From NCBI GenBank assembly GCA_038078735.1, contig JBBTTI010000003.1, positions 8,538 through 72,537 of the forward strand: 64,000 nt of DNA. The letters are read 5' to 3'. Below are positions 40,040-49,007 of the stretch, piece by piece. This stretch comes from Patescibacteria group bacterium. GTDB taxonomy: Bacteria > Patescibacteriota > Minisyncoccia > Minisyncoccales > CAZWNE01. The notes beneath the pieces are model-generated. The model was given only the letters and a program-made list of their open reading frames with translations, had not been told where the DNA came from and made no database searches. A program made the position numbers and the translations under genes. Every line of letters starts with the position of its first letter. The stretch's first letter is position 1.

Positions 40040-40110
40040 ACGGCTTCCGCCGCAGGCAATAAAAAATACTCACCTCGAGAGGACTTAAATGCCCCTTGTC
40101 TGCGGATATT
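40040..40110 (-). promoter_or_regulatory. L10 leader (autoregulatory RNA)
   Basis: CCGCAGACAAGGGGC-ATTTAA-GTCCTCTCGAGG upstream of rplJ; TTGACA promoter ends at 40141. Confidence 0.7.
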
Positions 40111-40157
40111 TATATATTACTCACCCCAAGATCTTTGTCAAGAGCCGAAGATGAACC

Positions 40158-40939
40158 GTAGATGTTTGACATCTACAAGCCTAATCAATTGATAATTTCC
40201 CAAGAATTTCTTTAGTATTTCTAACTAAAAGAGCATTATAAATAAATTCCTTATAACTTTTATTATTACCAGATGATAGTCCTAAACTATTTCTATCCCC
40301 TTCATCTATAATAAATAGATTACGTTTTAATAAAGTATCCTGAAGACTGCTAAAAGAATAATTTGTAGCAAAATCAAAAGCCTTATCAAATTGTTTAACG
40401 GCCGCCTCTGTCCCTCCGGGATAAAGTTCAATTGGATTCAAAACTTGAATATAAGCGTCAAGATACTGGATATACTCATCATTTTTTATTGTTTTTGACT
40501 TATATGATCCTTGGAAAACTTTCCCCGATTCTTTATATTTTGTATTAATATAATTAGTGAAACCACCACTAAGTTTTTTCATAAACATACTTACTCCGCC
40601 TTCCTTTATTTCTTTTAGCAGCAAGTGAAAATGGTTTGGCATTAAACAAAAAGAGAGAATTTTTACTAACGGTTTTGGCACCGGCCATTCTGCTGGCCTA
40701 CTAAAAGTATTATTTTTTACTTGACGAAAAATATTAGATAAAGAATATTCGTCATTAAAATAACGAAGAATTTTCAAAAAACGCCATTTATCATTATCGT
40801 CTTGTGTAATCGGCATTTTCCGATTACCTCGATTATAAACGTGGATATAATCACCCACCGTAAATGCTTCTTTTCTCATAGGTTTATTTTAATCCAATCC
40901 ATCCGTAGGTGTCAAACCGTAGATGTCAAACATCTACGG
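40158..40939 (-). mobile_element. RAYT element 2 flanked by inverted palindromes
   Basis: GTAGATGTTTGACATCTAC (40158-40176) and its reverse complement GTAGATGTCAAACATCTAC (40919-40937). Confidence 0.85.
40181..40879 (-). CDS. REP-associated tyrosine transposase (Y1/IS200-like HUH)
   Basis: HVYNRGN, FCLMPNHFHLLL, NTKY.ESG.VFQG.YK, YI..LNP, YSFSS. Confidence 0.92.
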   Translation of the reverse strand: MRKEAFTVGDYIHVYNRGNRKMPITQDDNDKWRFLKILRYFNDEYSLSNIFRQVKNNTFSRPAEWPVPKPLVKILSFCLMPNHFHLLLKEIKEGGVSMFMKKLSGGFTNYINTKYKESGKVFQGSYKSKTIKNDEYIQYLDAYIQVLNPIELYPGGTEAAVKQFDKAFDFATNYSFSSLQDTLLKRNLFIIDEGDRNSLGLSSGNNKSYKEFIYNALLVRNTKEILGKLSID

Positions 40940-40952
40940 ATATACGAGTACC

Positions 40953-41789
40953 CTATTTTAAATACTTTGCTCGGGCGAGGTTGTGCTCTTCCAGGGTTCT
41001 ACTGAAAATGGTTTGGCCTTCTTTAGCAGATAAATAATACCAATAAGGGCTGGCTTTGGGATTTAAAGCGGCTAAAATTGATTCTAACCCGGGATTGGCG
41101 ATAGGAGCCGGAGGAAGGCCTCTATTTTTATAAGTCCACATTTCAACATCCACCTGCAAAGGCATACCGACCCTTAATCTTTTCCATAAAAGTCCCGAAA
41201 CTAATTCTTTATCTTCTTGGGTCCTGACTTCTTTTTCTATTAGAGAGGCCATAACAACAATATCATTAGTTATTTTAAGATCAGCCGTCTTTTTTTCAAA
41301 ATTATCTTTCATTATCTTGACAACTTCCTCTCCGGTTGCGCCAAATGGGAGATGATAAGTATCGGGGAAAAGGTATCCTTCCAAATTGTCTCCGGGCAAT
41401 TTCAAGTTTAGAGCTTCTTCAATTTGTTTTTGAGTCCAACCCTCGGGTATAGTTATTGTTATTTTAGCAGTATCGCCGGAAATAATTTTATTGGCAATTT
41501 TAGCAATACTTTCCGAAGGAGAAATAAAATATTTTCCCGCTTGAAGTCTTTTTTGATCCCCCGCTAAAAAAATATAAAAACTAAAAAATAATTTACTGCT
41601 AATCAGCCCTTCTTTCTCTAAGTTTTCAGCAATTTTAAAACTTCCCTGCCCCTTTTCCACAGAAAATATCTGTTCTTTGCCTATTGAAGAAACAGGCAAA
41701 AAAATCCCCCAACTCAAAAACCCGATTAAAACCAACACCAATAAGACTAAATATTTTTTAACTGTTTTTTGAACTTCCATTTTTGCCAA
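40953..41789 (-). CDS. mltG: Endolytic transglycosylase MltG
   Basis: TIPEGW, LEGYLFPDTY, MASLIEKE, GLPP.PIANPG; start uncertain. Confidence 0.9.
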   Translation of the reverse strand: MAKMEVQKTVKKYLVLLVLVLIGFLSWGIFLPVSSIGKEQIFSVEKGQGSFKIAENLEKEGLISSKLFFSFYIFLAGDQKRLQAGKYFISPSESIAKIANKIISGDTAKITITIPEGWTQKQIEEALNLKLPGDNLEGYLFPDTYHLPFGATGEEVVKIMKDNFEKKTADLKITNDIVVMASLIEKEVRTQEDKELVSGLLWKRLRVGMPLQVDVEMWTYKNRGLPPAPIANPGLESILAALNPKASPYWYYLSAKEGQTIFSRTLEEHNLARAKYLK

Positions 41790-42214
41790 AAGGGAATTTT
41801 ATCTAATATCAAAATGCCGTCTAAATGGTCGATCTCGTGCTGAAAAATTCGGGCTAAAAGCCCCTTGGCTTTTATTTTGATACTCTCCCCTCCTTCTTTT
41901 TGAACTTCAATTTCAACCTCTATCGCTCTTTTTATTTTTAAAAATAATCCCGGAATACAAAGACATCCTTCCTCTTTAATTTCAGTTTCTTCAGATTTTT
42001 TTATAATTTTCGGATTTAAAAACGCTTCTTTCTCAACGATAATTATTCTTTTTAATTCGCCGATTTGAGGAGCAGCTAATCCTACCCCTTGAGCGTGCTG
42101 AAGAGTTTCTTTCATATTAAAAATCAACTCCTTAATTTCAGGAGTTATCTCTTTTACTTCTTTCGCCTTCTTTCTCAAAATAGGATCGCCAAATTTTTTA
42201 ATTTTCAGTACCAT
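41747..42214 (-). CDS. def: Peptide deformylase
   Basis: GVGLAAPQIG, EGCL, QHEIDHLDG. Confidence 0.95.
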   Translation of the reverse strand: MVLKIKKFGDPILRKKAKEVKEITPEIKELIFNMKETLQHAQGVGLAAPQIGELKRIIIVEKEAFLNPKIIKKSEETEIKEEGCLCIPGLFLKIKRAIEVEIEVQKEGGESIKIKAKGLLARIFQHEIDHLDGILILDKIPFWQKWKFKKQLKNI

Positions 42215-42503
42215 TAAAGTTTGATTTTTTAGTAATGATTTTATAAATATTTTCAATAAAGTCGCCGCCGGCGTAGCCAATAATAAAGCCGAGCGCCGGG
42301 GTAAATAAACCCTCTAAAGTGAAACCGATTTCTTTAATGGCTATCACCGAAATCAGACCGACTGCTCCTGAAAGAAAACTCATCGCTAAAAAATAGCCTA
42401 ATTTAAAAGGCGTATTTTTATAAGAAAACTGATGTTTGATAAAGCCGATTAAACCCCTTAACACCCCGCCGCCAAATCCGGCAATTAAAATATAAAAATA
42501 CAT
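42198..42503 (-). CDS. Hypothetical membrane protein
   Basis: GG.LRGL.G..K, IIGYAGGDFIE, 3 TM. Confidence 0.7.
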   Translation of the reverse strand: MYFYILIAGFGGGVLRGLIGFIKHQFSYKNTPFKLGYFLAMSFLSGAVGLISVIAIKEIGFTLEGLFTPALGFIIGYAGGDFIENIYKIITKKSNFNGTEN

Positions 42504-42506
42504 AGT

Positions 42507-42872
42507 TTAAGATATTTTATGCAATATTTTATACCAGTCCGGATAAGAAAATATCCCCTGGATTATCAGTCCGGTTAAAAAACCTGATCCTAAAAACAAT
42601 AAAACGCCGGGTATTTTGTATTTTTTGGCCAAATAAGAAAACATAAAAATTAAAATCGCCAAGCTTATCAGCCAATGATGCAAATGTAATTGCCAGTCTC
42701 CAAAATTAAAAGTATTAAATTGGAATCTGCCCTGTTCTCCGGCCGATCCTCCGCTAAAAAATCTGCCCGTAAGATAGCCTGGGGCCAAACCAAAATAAGT
42801 TTCCAGCCGGGAAAAAATTCTGAGAATAAAGAAAATAATTTTTTCCTTAAATATCTTAAAGATTATTGCCAT
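42507..42872 (-). CDS. Hypothetical membrane protein
   Basis: HLHHW motif, TM segments, QG...Y.DW. Confidence 0.65.
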   Translation of the reverse strand: MAIIFKIFKEKIIFFILRIFSRLETYFGLAPGYLTGRFFSGGSAGEQGRFQFNTFNFGDWQLHLHHWLISLAILIFMFSYLAKKYKIPGVLLFLGSGFLTGLIIQGIFSYPDWYKILHKIS

Positions 42873-42943
42873 CGGGGACGCCAGGATTCGAACCTAGAAC
42901 TCTTCTTTTGGAGAGAAGAAGTTTACCATTAGCCTACGCCCCC
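42873..42943 (-). tRNA. tRNA-Trp(CCA)
   Basis: GGGGGCGTAGGCTAATGG...CTCCAAA...GGTTCGAATCC...CGTCCCCG. Confidence 0.92.
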
Positions 42944-42954
42944 TCTCTACTAAA

Positions 42955-43116
42955 TTATTTTTTTCCTTCTTTGTGCAAGGTATGCTTTTTGCACCATTTG
43001 CAGTATTTTTTCAATTCTAACTTCTTCTCACCTGCCTTTTTGGATTTGTGAGTGTAGTAATTGATTCTCTTGCAAGCTTCACAAATAAGTTTTATAAACG
43101 GTTTTTTTGTCGCCAT
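42955..43116 (-). CDS. rpmG: 50S ribosomal protein L33 (Zn-binding)
   Basis: Hand translation [27 protein letters not shown]...[21 protein letters not shown]. Confidence 0.93.
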   Translation of the reverse strand: MATKKPFIKLICEACKRINYYTHKSKKAGEKKLELKKYCKWCKKHTLHKEGKK

Positions 43117-43143
43117 GGATTTGTATTATGTTAATTATTTATG

Positions 43144-43216
43144 AGCCCACGCGCAGATTTGCACTGCGGACCTCATCATTACCAATGATGTGCTCTACTG
43201 GCTGAGCTACATGGGC
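43144..43216 (-). tRNA. tRNA-Thr(GGT)
   Basis: GCCCATGTAGCTCAG...TTGGTAA...; T-loop variant TGCAAAT. Confidence 0.88.
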
Positions 43217-43218
43217 GT

Positions 43219-43302
43219 TGGGCAGGGAGGGATTCGAACCCCCGAAGTCCAGAGGACGACAGATTTACAGTCTGTTGCGATTGACCGCTCCGCCACCTGC
43301 CC
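43219..43302 (-). tRNA. tRNA-Tyr(GTA)
   Basis: GGGCAGGTGGCGGAGCGG...CTGTAAA..., long variable arm, GGTTCGAATCC. Confidence 0.93.
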
Positions 43303-43330
43303 CTGCAAAATCATCTTATCAAAATTTTCT

Positions 43331-44008
43331 TTAATTGCCAATATTTTTGCCGTATCTTGATCGCCACTCCTGAATTTTTTTGTGGTTGCCCGAAATCAAA
43401 ACCTTGGGCACTCGCCACTTTTTAAAAATTTCGGGGCGCGTATATTGCGGATATTCAATAAAGCCTTTAGTTTTTGTAATTCTCTCTTTCAATAATTGAG
43501 GTTTGCCCAAGACTCCGGGGATTAATCTTGCTACTGTTTCCGTTAAAACCATTGCCGGCAATTCCCCGCCCATCAAATCATAATCCCCTATTGATAATTC
43601 CATATCTGCCAAATTTTTTGCCACTCTTTCATCCACCCCTTCGTATCTGCCGCAAATCATAATAATCTGATTTAATTTTGAAAGTTTGTAAGCAATCTGC
43701 TGATTAAATTTTTTCCCGCGAGGAGTAAATAAAACCACTTTTCGCTTAGAGGGACTTAGTCCCTTTTTTAAGGGACTAAGTCCCTTAACGGCTTTATATA
43801 TCGGTTCGATTTTTAGTACCATACCAAGGCCCCCGCCAAATGGCCGATCGTCAACCGTCCGGTGGACATCGGATGTCCACTTCCTTAGATTATGGACATT
43901 AATCTTGATCAATTTTTTTGCTTGGGCTCTGGCAATTAAGCTCTCGCTTAAGTAAGAACTGAATAAATTTGGAAAAATTGTTATTATGTCAAAAGAAAGC
44001 CGCGCCAT
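43331..44008 (-). CDS. trmD: tRNA (guanine37-N1)-methyltransferase
   Basis: VDDRPFGGG.GMV, CGRYEGVDERV, SIGDY.L.GGE, EYPQYTRP. Confidence 0.96.
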   Translation of the reverse strand: MARLSFDIITIFPNLFSSYLSESLIARAQAKKLIKINVHNLRKWTSDVHRTVDDRPFGGGLGMVLKIEPIYKAVKGLSPLKKGLSPSKRKVVLFTPRGKKFNQQIAYKLSKLNQIIMICGRYEGVDERVAKNLADMELSIGDYDLMGGELPAMVLTETVARLIPGVLGKPQLLKERITKTKGFIEYPQYTRPEIFKKWRVPKVLISGNHKKIQEWRSRYGKNIGN

Positions 44009-44051
44009 CTTATGATAATAGCACGGCTTTCTGAATTAGTAAACCTTAGGT

Positions 44052-44372
44052 TTACAGCTTAAGTTCGTCTAAATCTCCGCCGGCTGAGGGAGCTGTCCTC
44101 TCGCGAGGAACCCTCGTACTGCCTTCCGGTTCTTCGATCTTCAAATTCACTCTAGCGTGATTTTTAAGACCGACAATTCGAACCAAGGATCTTATTCCTC
44201 TGGCAGTATTGCCTTCCTTGCCGATAACCACTCCCATGTCTTCGGGATTCACTTTCAAAGAAAGTAGAACTCCCATTTCGTCAACCTTGCGGTCGACTTT
44301 GACATCATCGGGATTATCAACCAGGGCTTTGATTATAAATTCAAGAAATTCCTGATCAGATGATTTTGCCAT
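44052..44372 (-). CDS. khpA: KH-domain RNA-binding protein KhpA
   Basis: ALVDNPDDV, DMG.VIGKEG.TA..IR; rpsP-khpA-trmD context. Confidence 0.88.
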   Translation of the reverse strand: MAKSSDQEFLEFIIKALVDNPDDVKVDRKVDEMGVLLSLKVNPEDMGVVIGKEGNTARGIRSLVRIVGLKNHARVNLKIEEPEGSTRVPRERTAPSAGGDLDELKL

Positions 44373-44596
44373 AGTCTCTTCGGTTTTATCTTTTAATTCT
44401 TATATTCAAGCGACCTTTACTTGTATTGATATTTTATTCCTTCCAAATCCTTTGTCAACCCCTTAAAAAACTTTCCCATCTTTCAGCCCACCCTTCGGCT
44501 CGCTTAAGGCAAGCCAATGATGAGCTGAAATTGGGAGGCGAGACAAAAGAGTAAGCTCCCTTCCGTTTCGCCTCAGATTTGGCGTAGGTAAAACGT

Positions 44597-44980
44597 CTAT
44601 TCCGAAAGATAATCTTTATAATTTTCCCTTACAGCATATCCTAATTTTTTTGCTGCTTTGCAGGGTTTCCGGAACTCGGTTTCAATGCGCTCTTTTAATA
44701 TTAGCTCCCTCTCCATTTTCATACGATAATTCGTTATTCTTTGGCCTATATCGATAGGAGGAGGCGCTCCTTGCATAAACTGTTCAAGTCTCCAATCTTC
44801 TTTCATGGCTTTATTGAGAATGCGCATGCGCTCAGAAAGTTTAGAGTCAACAATTTTTTGTTCCCCTTCCCGCTCTTTAGGGTTCAATGAGGGTTTAAAT
44901 CCAAAATATTCCCTGAACTCCCTTAAGAGCCAAAATTGAAAGATTCCCCGGATAATACCCTTAATAAGTCTCTTATTCAT
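44597..44980 (-). CDS. Hypothetical protein (cassette-type) inserted between rpsP and khpA
   Basis: SD AAGGGGG, own TTGACA promoter ending ~45044, conserved 3' hairpin 44474-44530. Confidence 0.65.
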   Translation of the reverse strand: MNKRLIKGIIRGIFQFWLLREFREYFGFKPSLNPKEREGEQKIVDSKLSERMRILNKAMKEDWRLEQFMQGAPPPIDIGQRITNYRMKMERELILKERIETEFRKPCKAAKKLGYAVRENYKDYLSE

Positions 44981-45153
44981 TTTATCCCCCTTATTAAAAA
45001 GCTATTTCTAATTTTTTTTATATCATAACTAAATAATTTGTCAATGGGCGAAGCTCCATTTATGGAGCGAGACGAAAGATGAGAGTCGTAACTCTCATCG
45101 CACAAAAACCCCCAACATATCGTCGGGGGCTAATAAACTTAGAAACTCCGTTT

Positions 45154-45465
45154 CTAAGTAGCGGGAACTGGGGCGGGAGCTGCGACTGGGGGCTTCTTGC
45201 TCTTCCTCTGCAAAGGAATTTTTTTGGCTTCAATAATCTTTTCGGCAATAAACAAATTATGAATCGTTGGCGAGGGCTGAGCGCCTATTCCCAACCAATA
45301 TTTTATTCTTTCTATTTTAAAACCCTTTTCCTTAGTTCGGGAATTATAAAATCCGACTTCCTCGGTAAAACGGCCGCTTTTGGGCGGATTTTTCTTATCG
45401 GTTACCACTATCTTAAATGACGGCTGATTTTTTTTACCTACTCTAAATAATCTTATTGTTAACAT
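45154..45465 (-). CDS. rpsP: 30S ribosomal protein S16
   Basis: MLTIRL.RVGKK..P.F.IVV, YWL..GAQPS.T. Confidence 0.95.
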   Translation of the reverse strand: MLTIRLFRVGKKNQPSFKIVVTDKKNPPKSGRFTEEVGFYNSRTKEKGFKIERIKYWLGIGAQPSPTIHNLFIAEKIIEAKKIPLQRKSKKPPVAAPAPVPAT

Positions 45466-45471
45466 ATATGG

Positions 45472-46164
45472 TTACCAGTTATTTATTTTTAAACCATTTT
45501 TGGCGGCTACTTCTTCCGCTTCCTGCTTAGAAGAACCTTCTCCCTTGGCTATTAATTTTTCTCCTAAAAATACTCCGATGACAAAATTTTTAGCGTGATC
45601 CGGACCCTGTTCGCCCAGAACTTTATAAATTGGAGTGATCTTACTTATTTCCTGGGCCTGCTCCTGAAAGTGCGATTTGGCATCCCGGAAAAGTTTGTTC
45701 TCCAATATTTTCGGCAGTTCTTTAATCAAAACTTTGTCAATAAACTCTTTTGATTTTTTATAACCTTGATCAAGATAGACTGCGCCGGTAAATGACTCAA
45801 AACTGTTGGCCAGAATATAATCCCTTGCCTTGCCAAGATTGTCTTTGGACTCGCCCTTGGAAAGCAATAAATAATCATTGAATCCGAGCTCTTTAGCAGT
45901 CTTGGATAAAGTGTCGGCATTGACCAACGCCGCTCGCCAAGTTGTTAATTCTCCTTCCGGTTCTTTGGGAAATTCTTTGTAAAGATACTCTGTTACCGCC
46001 AGCTCCAATACGGCATCGCCTAAAAATTCCATTCTTTCATTATGCGCCAAATAAAAGGTCGGGTTTTCGTTCAGATAAGAGCGATGGGTAAATGCCTGAG
46101 TTAACAAGTCCTTATTTTTAAATTTCAAACCTAATTTTTTTTCTAAACCCGAGAAATCTTGCAT
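45472..46164 (-). CDS. rnc: Ribonuclease III
   Basis: HNERMEFLGDAVL, dsRBD GPDH.K.F. Confidence 0.96.
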   Translation of the reverse strand: MQDFSGLEKKLGLKFKNKDLLTQAFTHRSYLNENPTFYLAHNERMEFLGDAVLELAVTEYLYKEFPKEPEGELTTWRAALVNADTLSKTAKELGFNDYLLLSKGESKDNLGKARDYILANSFESFTGAVYLDQGYKKSKEFIDKVLIKELPKILENKLFRDAKSHFQEQAQEISKITPIYKVLGEQGPDHAKNFVIGVFLGEKLIAKGEGSSKQEAEEVAAKNGLKINNW

Positions 46165-46165
46165 A

Positions 46166-46585
46166 CTATTTATCTATTTCTTTATACACCGTGCCCAATA
46201 CTCCGTTAATAAATTTCCCTGAATTTTCTCCGCCAAAACTCTTGGCCAATTCTATGGCTTCGTTAATCGCCACCTTTGGAGGCACGGCAGTTTTGTCTTC
46301 ATATAAAAGTTCGTACAACCCCATCCTTAAAACATTCCTGTCTATAATTGAAATTTGATCAATCGGCCATTGGGGCGCGGCTTTTTCAATAATTTTATCT
46401 ATTTCCTGTATGTGCTGGACTATGCCCGTCACCAACTGCCAAGTAAATGACTTATCTTCCAGCCCGGGTCCGAACTCCCCTATATTTCTTTCCGTAATTT
46501 TTTGCAAATCAGATTTCTTTTCAGAAAAATCCCATTCATATAACGACTGCATTGCTATTGAACGCGATAAATGTCTGCTTGCCAT
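46166..46585 (-). CDS. nusB: Transcription antitermination factor NusB
   Basis: [20 protein letters not shown]...[10 protein letters not shown]. Confidence 0.96.
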   Translation of the reverse strand: MASRHLSRSIAMQSLYEWDFSEKKSDLQKITERNIGEFGPGLEDKSFTWQLVTGIVQHIQEIDKIIEKAAPQWPIDQISIIDRNVLRMGLYELLYEDKTAVPPKVAINEAIELAKSFGGENSGKFINGVLGTVYKEIDK

Positions 46586-46586
46586 A

Positions 46587-46880
46587 CTATTTTTTGCTAA
46601 GCCCTTCCCAATTTAATGGTTTTTCTTTTCCAATTGTTTTCCCTTCGGCTTCCTTGACGGCCATCTCTCTTTCTTTCATCTTTCTTTCTTTTTTATTTAA
46701 TTTCTTTAAAACATCTATCGCCTCCACCCCTTTGTAATATCCGCAACTATGGCAAACCGTATGCGCCAAAACCGCCTTGCCGCATTTCGGGCAGACAGCT
46801 TTGCCGGGATTCGCCAAAAAAATATGCATCCTTCTTCTATTTCTCCTATTTTTTGTATGCCTTTGTTTAGGTTGAGCCAT
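46587..46880 (-). CDS. rpmF: 50S ribosomal protein L32
   Basis: MA.PK.RHTK.RR..RR, CPKCG...HTVC..CGYYKG. Confidence 0.94.
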   Translation of the reverse strand: MAQPKQRHTKNRRNRRRMHIFLANPGKAVCPKCGKAVLAHTVCHSCGYYKGVEAIDVLKKLNKKERKMKEREMAVKEAEGKTIGKEKPLNWEGLSKK

Positions 46881-46882
46881 AG

Positions 46883-47500
46883 TCAGAATTTGAAACTATT
46901 TCTATGTATAGCACATCGTCCAAATCTTTTCAACATTTCAAGGTGTAATTTCGTTCCATAGCCCTTATGAAGATCAAATCGGTATTTTGGGAACTTTTTA
47001 TGATACTTGAGCATTATTCTGTCCCTCGTCACTTTGGCTAAAATTGAAGCCGCGGCGCAGGAAAAAACTTTTTCATCGCCCTTCACGATTAGTTTGTAGT
47101 TTATAATTTTTAGTTTATAGTTTTTGATATTATTGCCGTCTATTATCAAAAAATCGGGCTTCAACTTTTTAATCGCTCTTGCCATCGCTAACTCTGCCGC
47201 ATTTTTAATATTAATCTTATCTATGATTTTTTCTGAAACAATGCCAATCCCCCATCTTATATTTTTATCTTTTGTTATTAAGTTATAAAAAAATTCCCGC
47301 TGTTTTGCAGATAATTGCTTTGAGTCCCTAATTTTTAGGAGAACGCTTCTCCCTTGGAGAAACGTTCTCCAATTTATTATCACCGCTCCTGCCACCACCG
47401 GCCCGGCCAACGGCCCACGGCCGGCCTCATCCAACCCAGCCACATTCTTAAATCCTTTTTTCCACAATTTTTTTTCTTCCGCTAGTGTCGCATACCGCAT
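46883..47500 (-). CDS. rnhB: Ribonuclease HII
   Basis: GLDEAGRGPLAGPVV, DSKQLS, AAASILAKV.RD, HKGYGT; start at ATG 47500. Confidence 0.95.
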   Translation of the reverse strand: MRYATLAEEKKLWKKGFKNVAGLDEAGRGPLAGPVVAGAVIINWRTFLQGRSVLLKIRDSKQLSAKQREFFYNLITKDKNIRWGIGIVSEKIIDKINIKNAAELAMARAIKKLKPDFLIIDGNNIKNYKLKIINYKLIVKGDEKVFSCAAASILAKVTRDRIMLKYHKKFPKYRFDLHKGYGTKLHLEMLKRFGRCAIHRNSFKF

Positions 47501-47569
47501 GTTTTTTATTTTAGCACAAAAAAAGATGGGAAAGTTAGATAAATCTAACTTTCCCATCCTAAGGACTAA

Positions 47570-47764
47570 TTACCAAAGATCCTTATTCTTTTCGAGCCAC
47601 TCTTCGGCTCTTGGGTTATTTTTCACTTGAGCAATCGCTCTAGTAAAAGATTGTTTTACCTCCGTCCGAAGAGTCCCATTTCCACCGATAGCTTCCACCC
47701 TATCTGTGAATTTCATTTCTGTAAGAGTAAGGTATTTTTGATTTTTTTCTGTCTTTCTCATCAC
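47570..47764 (-). CDS. Hypothetical protein (cassette-type)
   Basis: SD GGAGGAG, coupled to upstream ORF; hairpin 47525-47559 downstream. Confidence 0.55.
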   Translation of the reverse strand: MMRKTEKNQKYLTLTEMKFTDRVEAIGGNGTLRTEVKQSFTRAIAQVKNNPRAEEWLEKNKDLW

Positions 47765-48112
47765 TTACTCCTCCGCACTCATTCGGTCCGCGCCACATTT
47801 AGAGCAATAGCGCTGACCTACCACTACTAAATGTTCGCAAACAGGATGTTTCTCTAATTTTTGGGGAATAATCTCCCCAGCGCGCGAATGAGGTGAGTAA
47901 CGAGCGTCTTTTAACTCTACTAATACCCCGGGTAAAAGCTCAATCATATCGCCCGTCAAATCCCAAAAATCCCTCTTTTTTATACGTACCACATGTCTTT
48001 TCCCATTCTTAAGAGTAATTTCGACATCCCCACCCCTAAGAAAAGCGGTCATAAGATCCAGCTCCCCTGGGCCGTTAACGATTTCAACTTTATCTAAAAC
48101 ACCACTAGCCAT
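47765..48112 (-). CDS. Hypothetical protein with C-terminal zinc-ribbon-like motif
   Basis: SD AAGGAGG before ATG 48112; CEH...YCSKCG. Confidence 0.65.
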   Translation of the reverse strand: MASGVLDKVEIVNGPGELDLMTAFLRGGDVEITLKNGKRHVVRIKKRDFWDLTGDMIELLPGVLVELKDARYSPHSRAGEIIPQKLEKHPVCEHLVVVGQRYCSKCGADRMSAEE

Positions 48113-48338
48113 AACGGCTTCCTCCTTTAGAAATACTGCGCATTTTCTCTCCCATAACGGTGAGAGTGCGGATTTCTCCATAGCAGCGAACTAAACACTA
48201 ATTTTATAATGTCCACTTCGCCGCTATAAAGATTTTTTTAAAGAGCCTACCAGTAAACTTTCATTAAATATAACACATATTGAACAATTTGGTAAGCCAT
48301 ATAAATTAAGTTTGATTTTTTATTATTCGTGTTAGGGT

Positions 48339-48478
48339 TGTTAGGTACTCAGTATCTAACATGTGCCTATCCCATCTTTCAGCCTACAAATTTATTTATG
48401 AGCTGAAAAGTGGAGGAAAACAGATATTGCCGATATTAAATCTGTTTTCCTAGAGGTGCCCCTGTCGGCACAGGAACT
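48339..48478 (-). repeat. Cassette 3' module copy A (three hairpins plus 23-bp palindrome)
   Basis: 40 nt (48370-48409) identical to 49063-49102; arms shared with 44474-44530. Confidence 0.85.
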
Positions 48479-48484
48479 TAATTT

Positions 48485-48661
48485 TTAATGCCTCAGTGCA
48501 TACCATAATGCAACTGCAATAAAAATTACAAGCATTACCAAAATTATGATCATGACAATCTCGCCCAAGGGATTGCCAAGCCAGTTCATTAGTAATTTAG
48601 TTAAAATTATTGTTAGGAGCACAATTATTGCTCCTCGTAATCCCTTTATTTTCTTTTTCAT
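48485..48661 (-). CDS. Small two-TM protein (58 aa)
   Basis: Hand translation MKKKIKGLRGAIIVLLTIILTKLLMNWLGNPLGEIVMIIILVMLVIFIAVALWYALRH; SD GAGG. Confidence 0.6.
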   Translation of the reverse strand: MKKKIKGLRGAIIVLLTIILTKLLMNWLGNPLGEIVMIIILVMLVIFIAVALWYALRH

Positions 48662-48792
48662 TTTTTCCTCACTTTATTTTATTTTTCAGTCCGCCAAGGC
48701 GAACTGCTATTGCCAAAGAACCATCTTAATTGATATAGGTGGGAGTTGTCGCAAGCCGGTCTGGCTTAACCCGACAACTCCCAACTTATTTT

Positions 48793-48960
48793 AGAGGAAG
48801 GCTTCGAACTTTTCCTTGCGGAAACCAGCGAAAAATATAGAATGGCACGCTTCTATATTTTAGCCGGAAGTCCGAGCCGTCTATCTGCAATCGCAATACA
48901 GGATGGCCCGACCGTACGTGCCAAACTTCGGTTGTGGGCCAGATAGACATTCCTTCCTCT
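48793..48960 (-). ncRNA. Candidate structured RNA with kissing loops
   Basis: 9-bp closing stem, two long arms, GCAA tetraloop, complementary loops TGGCACG/CGTGCCA. Confidence 0.55.
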
Positions 48961-49007
48961 CGGAAATTCCCGATATAGAAACTTCCGAAAAAAAAGATAT
49001 TTTAGGT

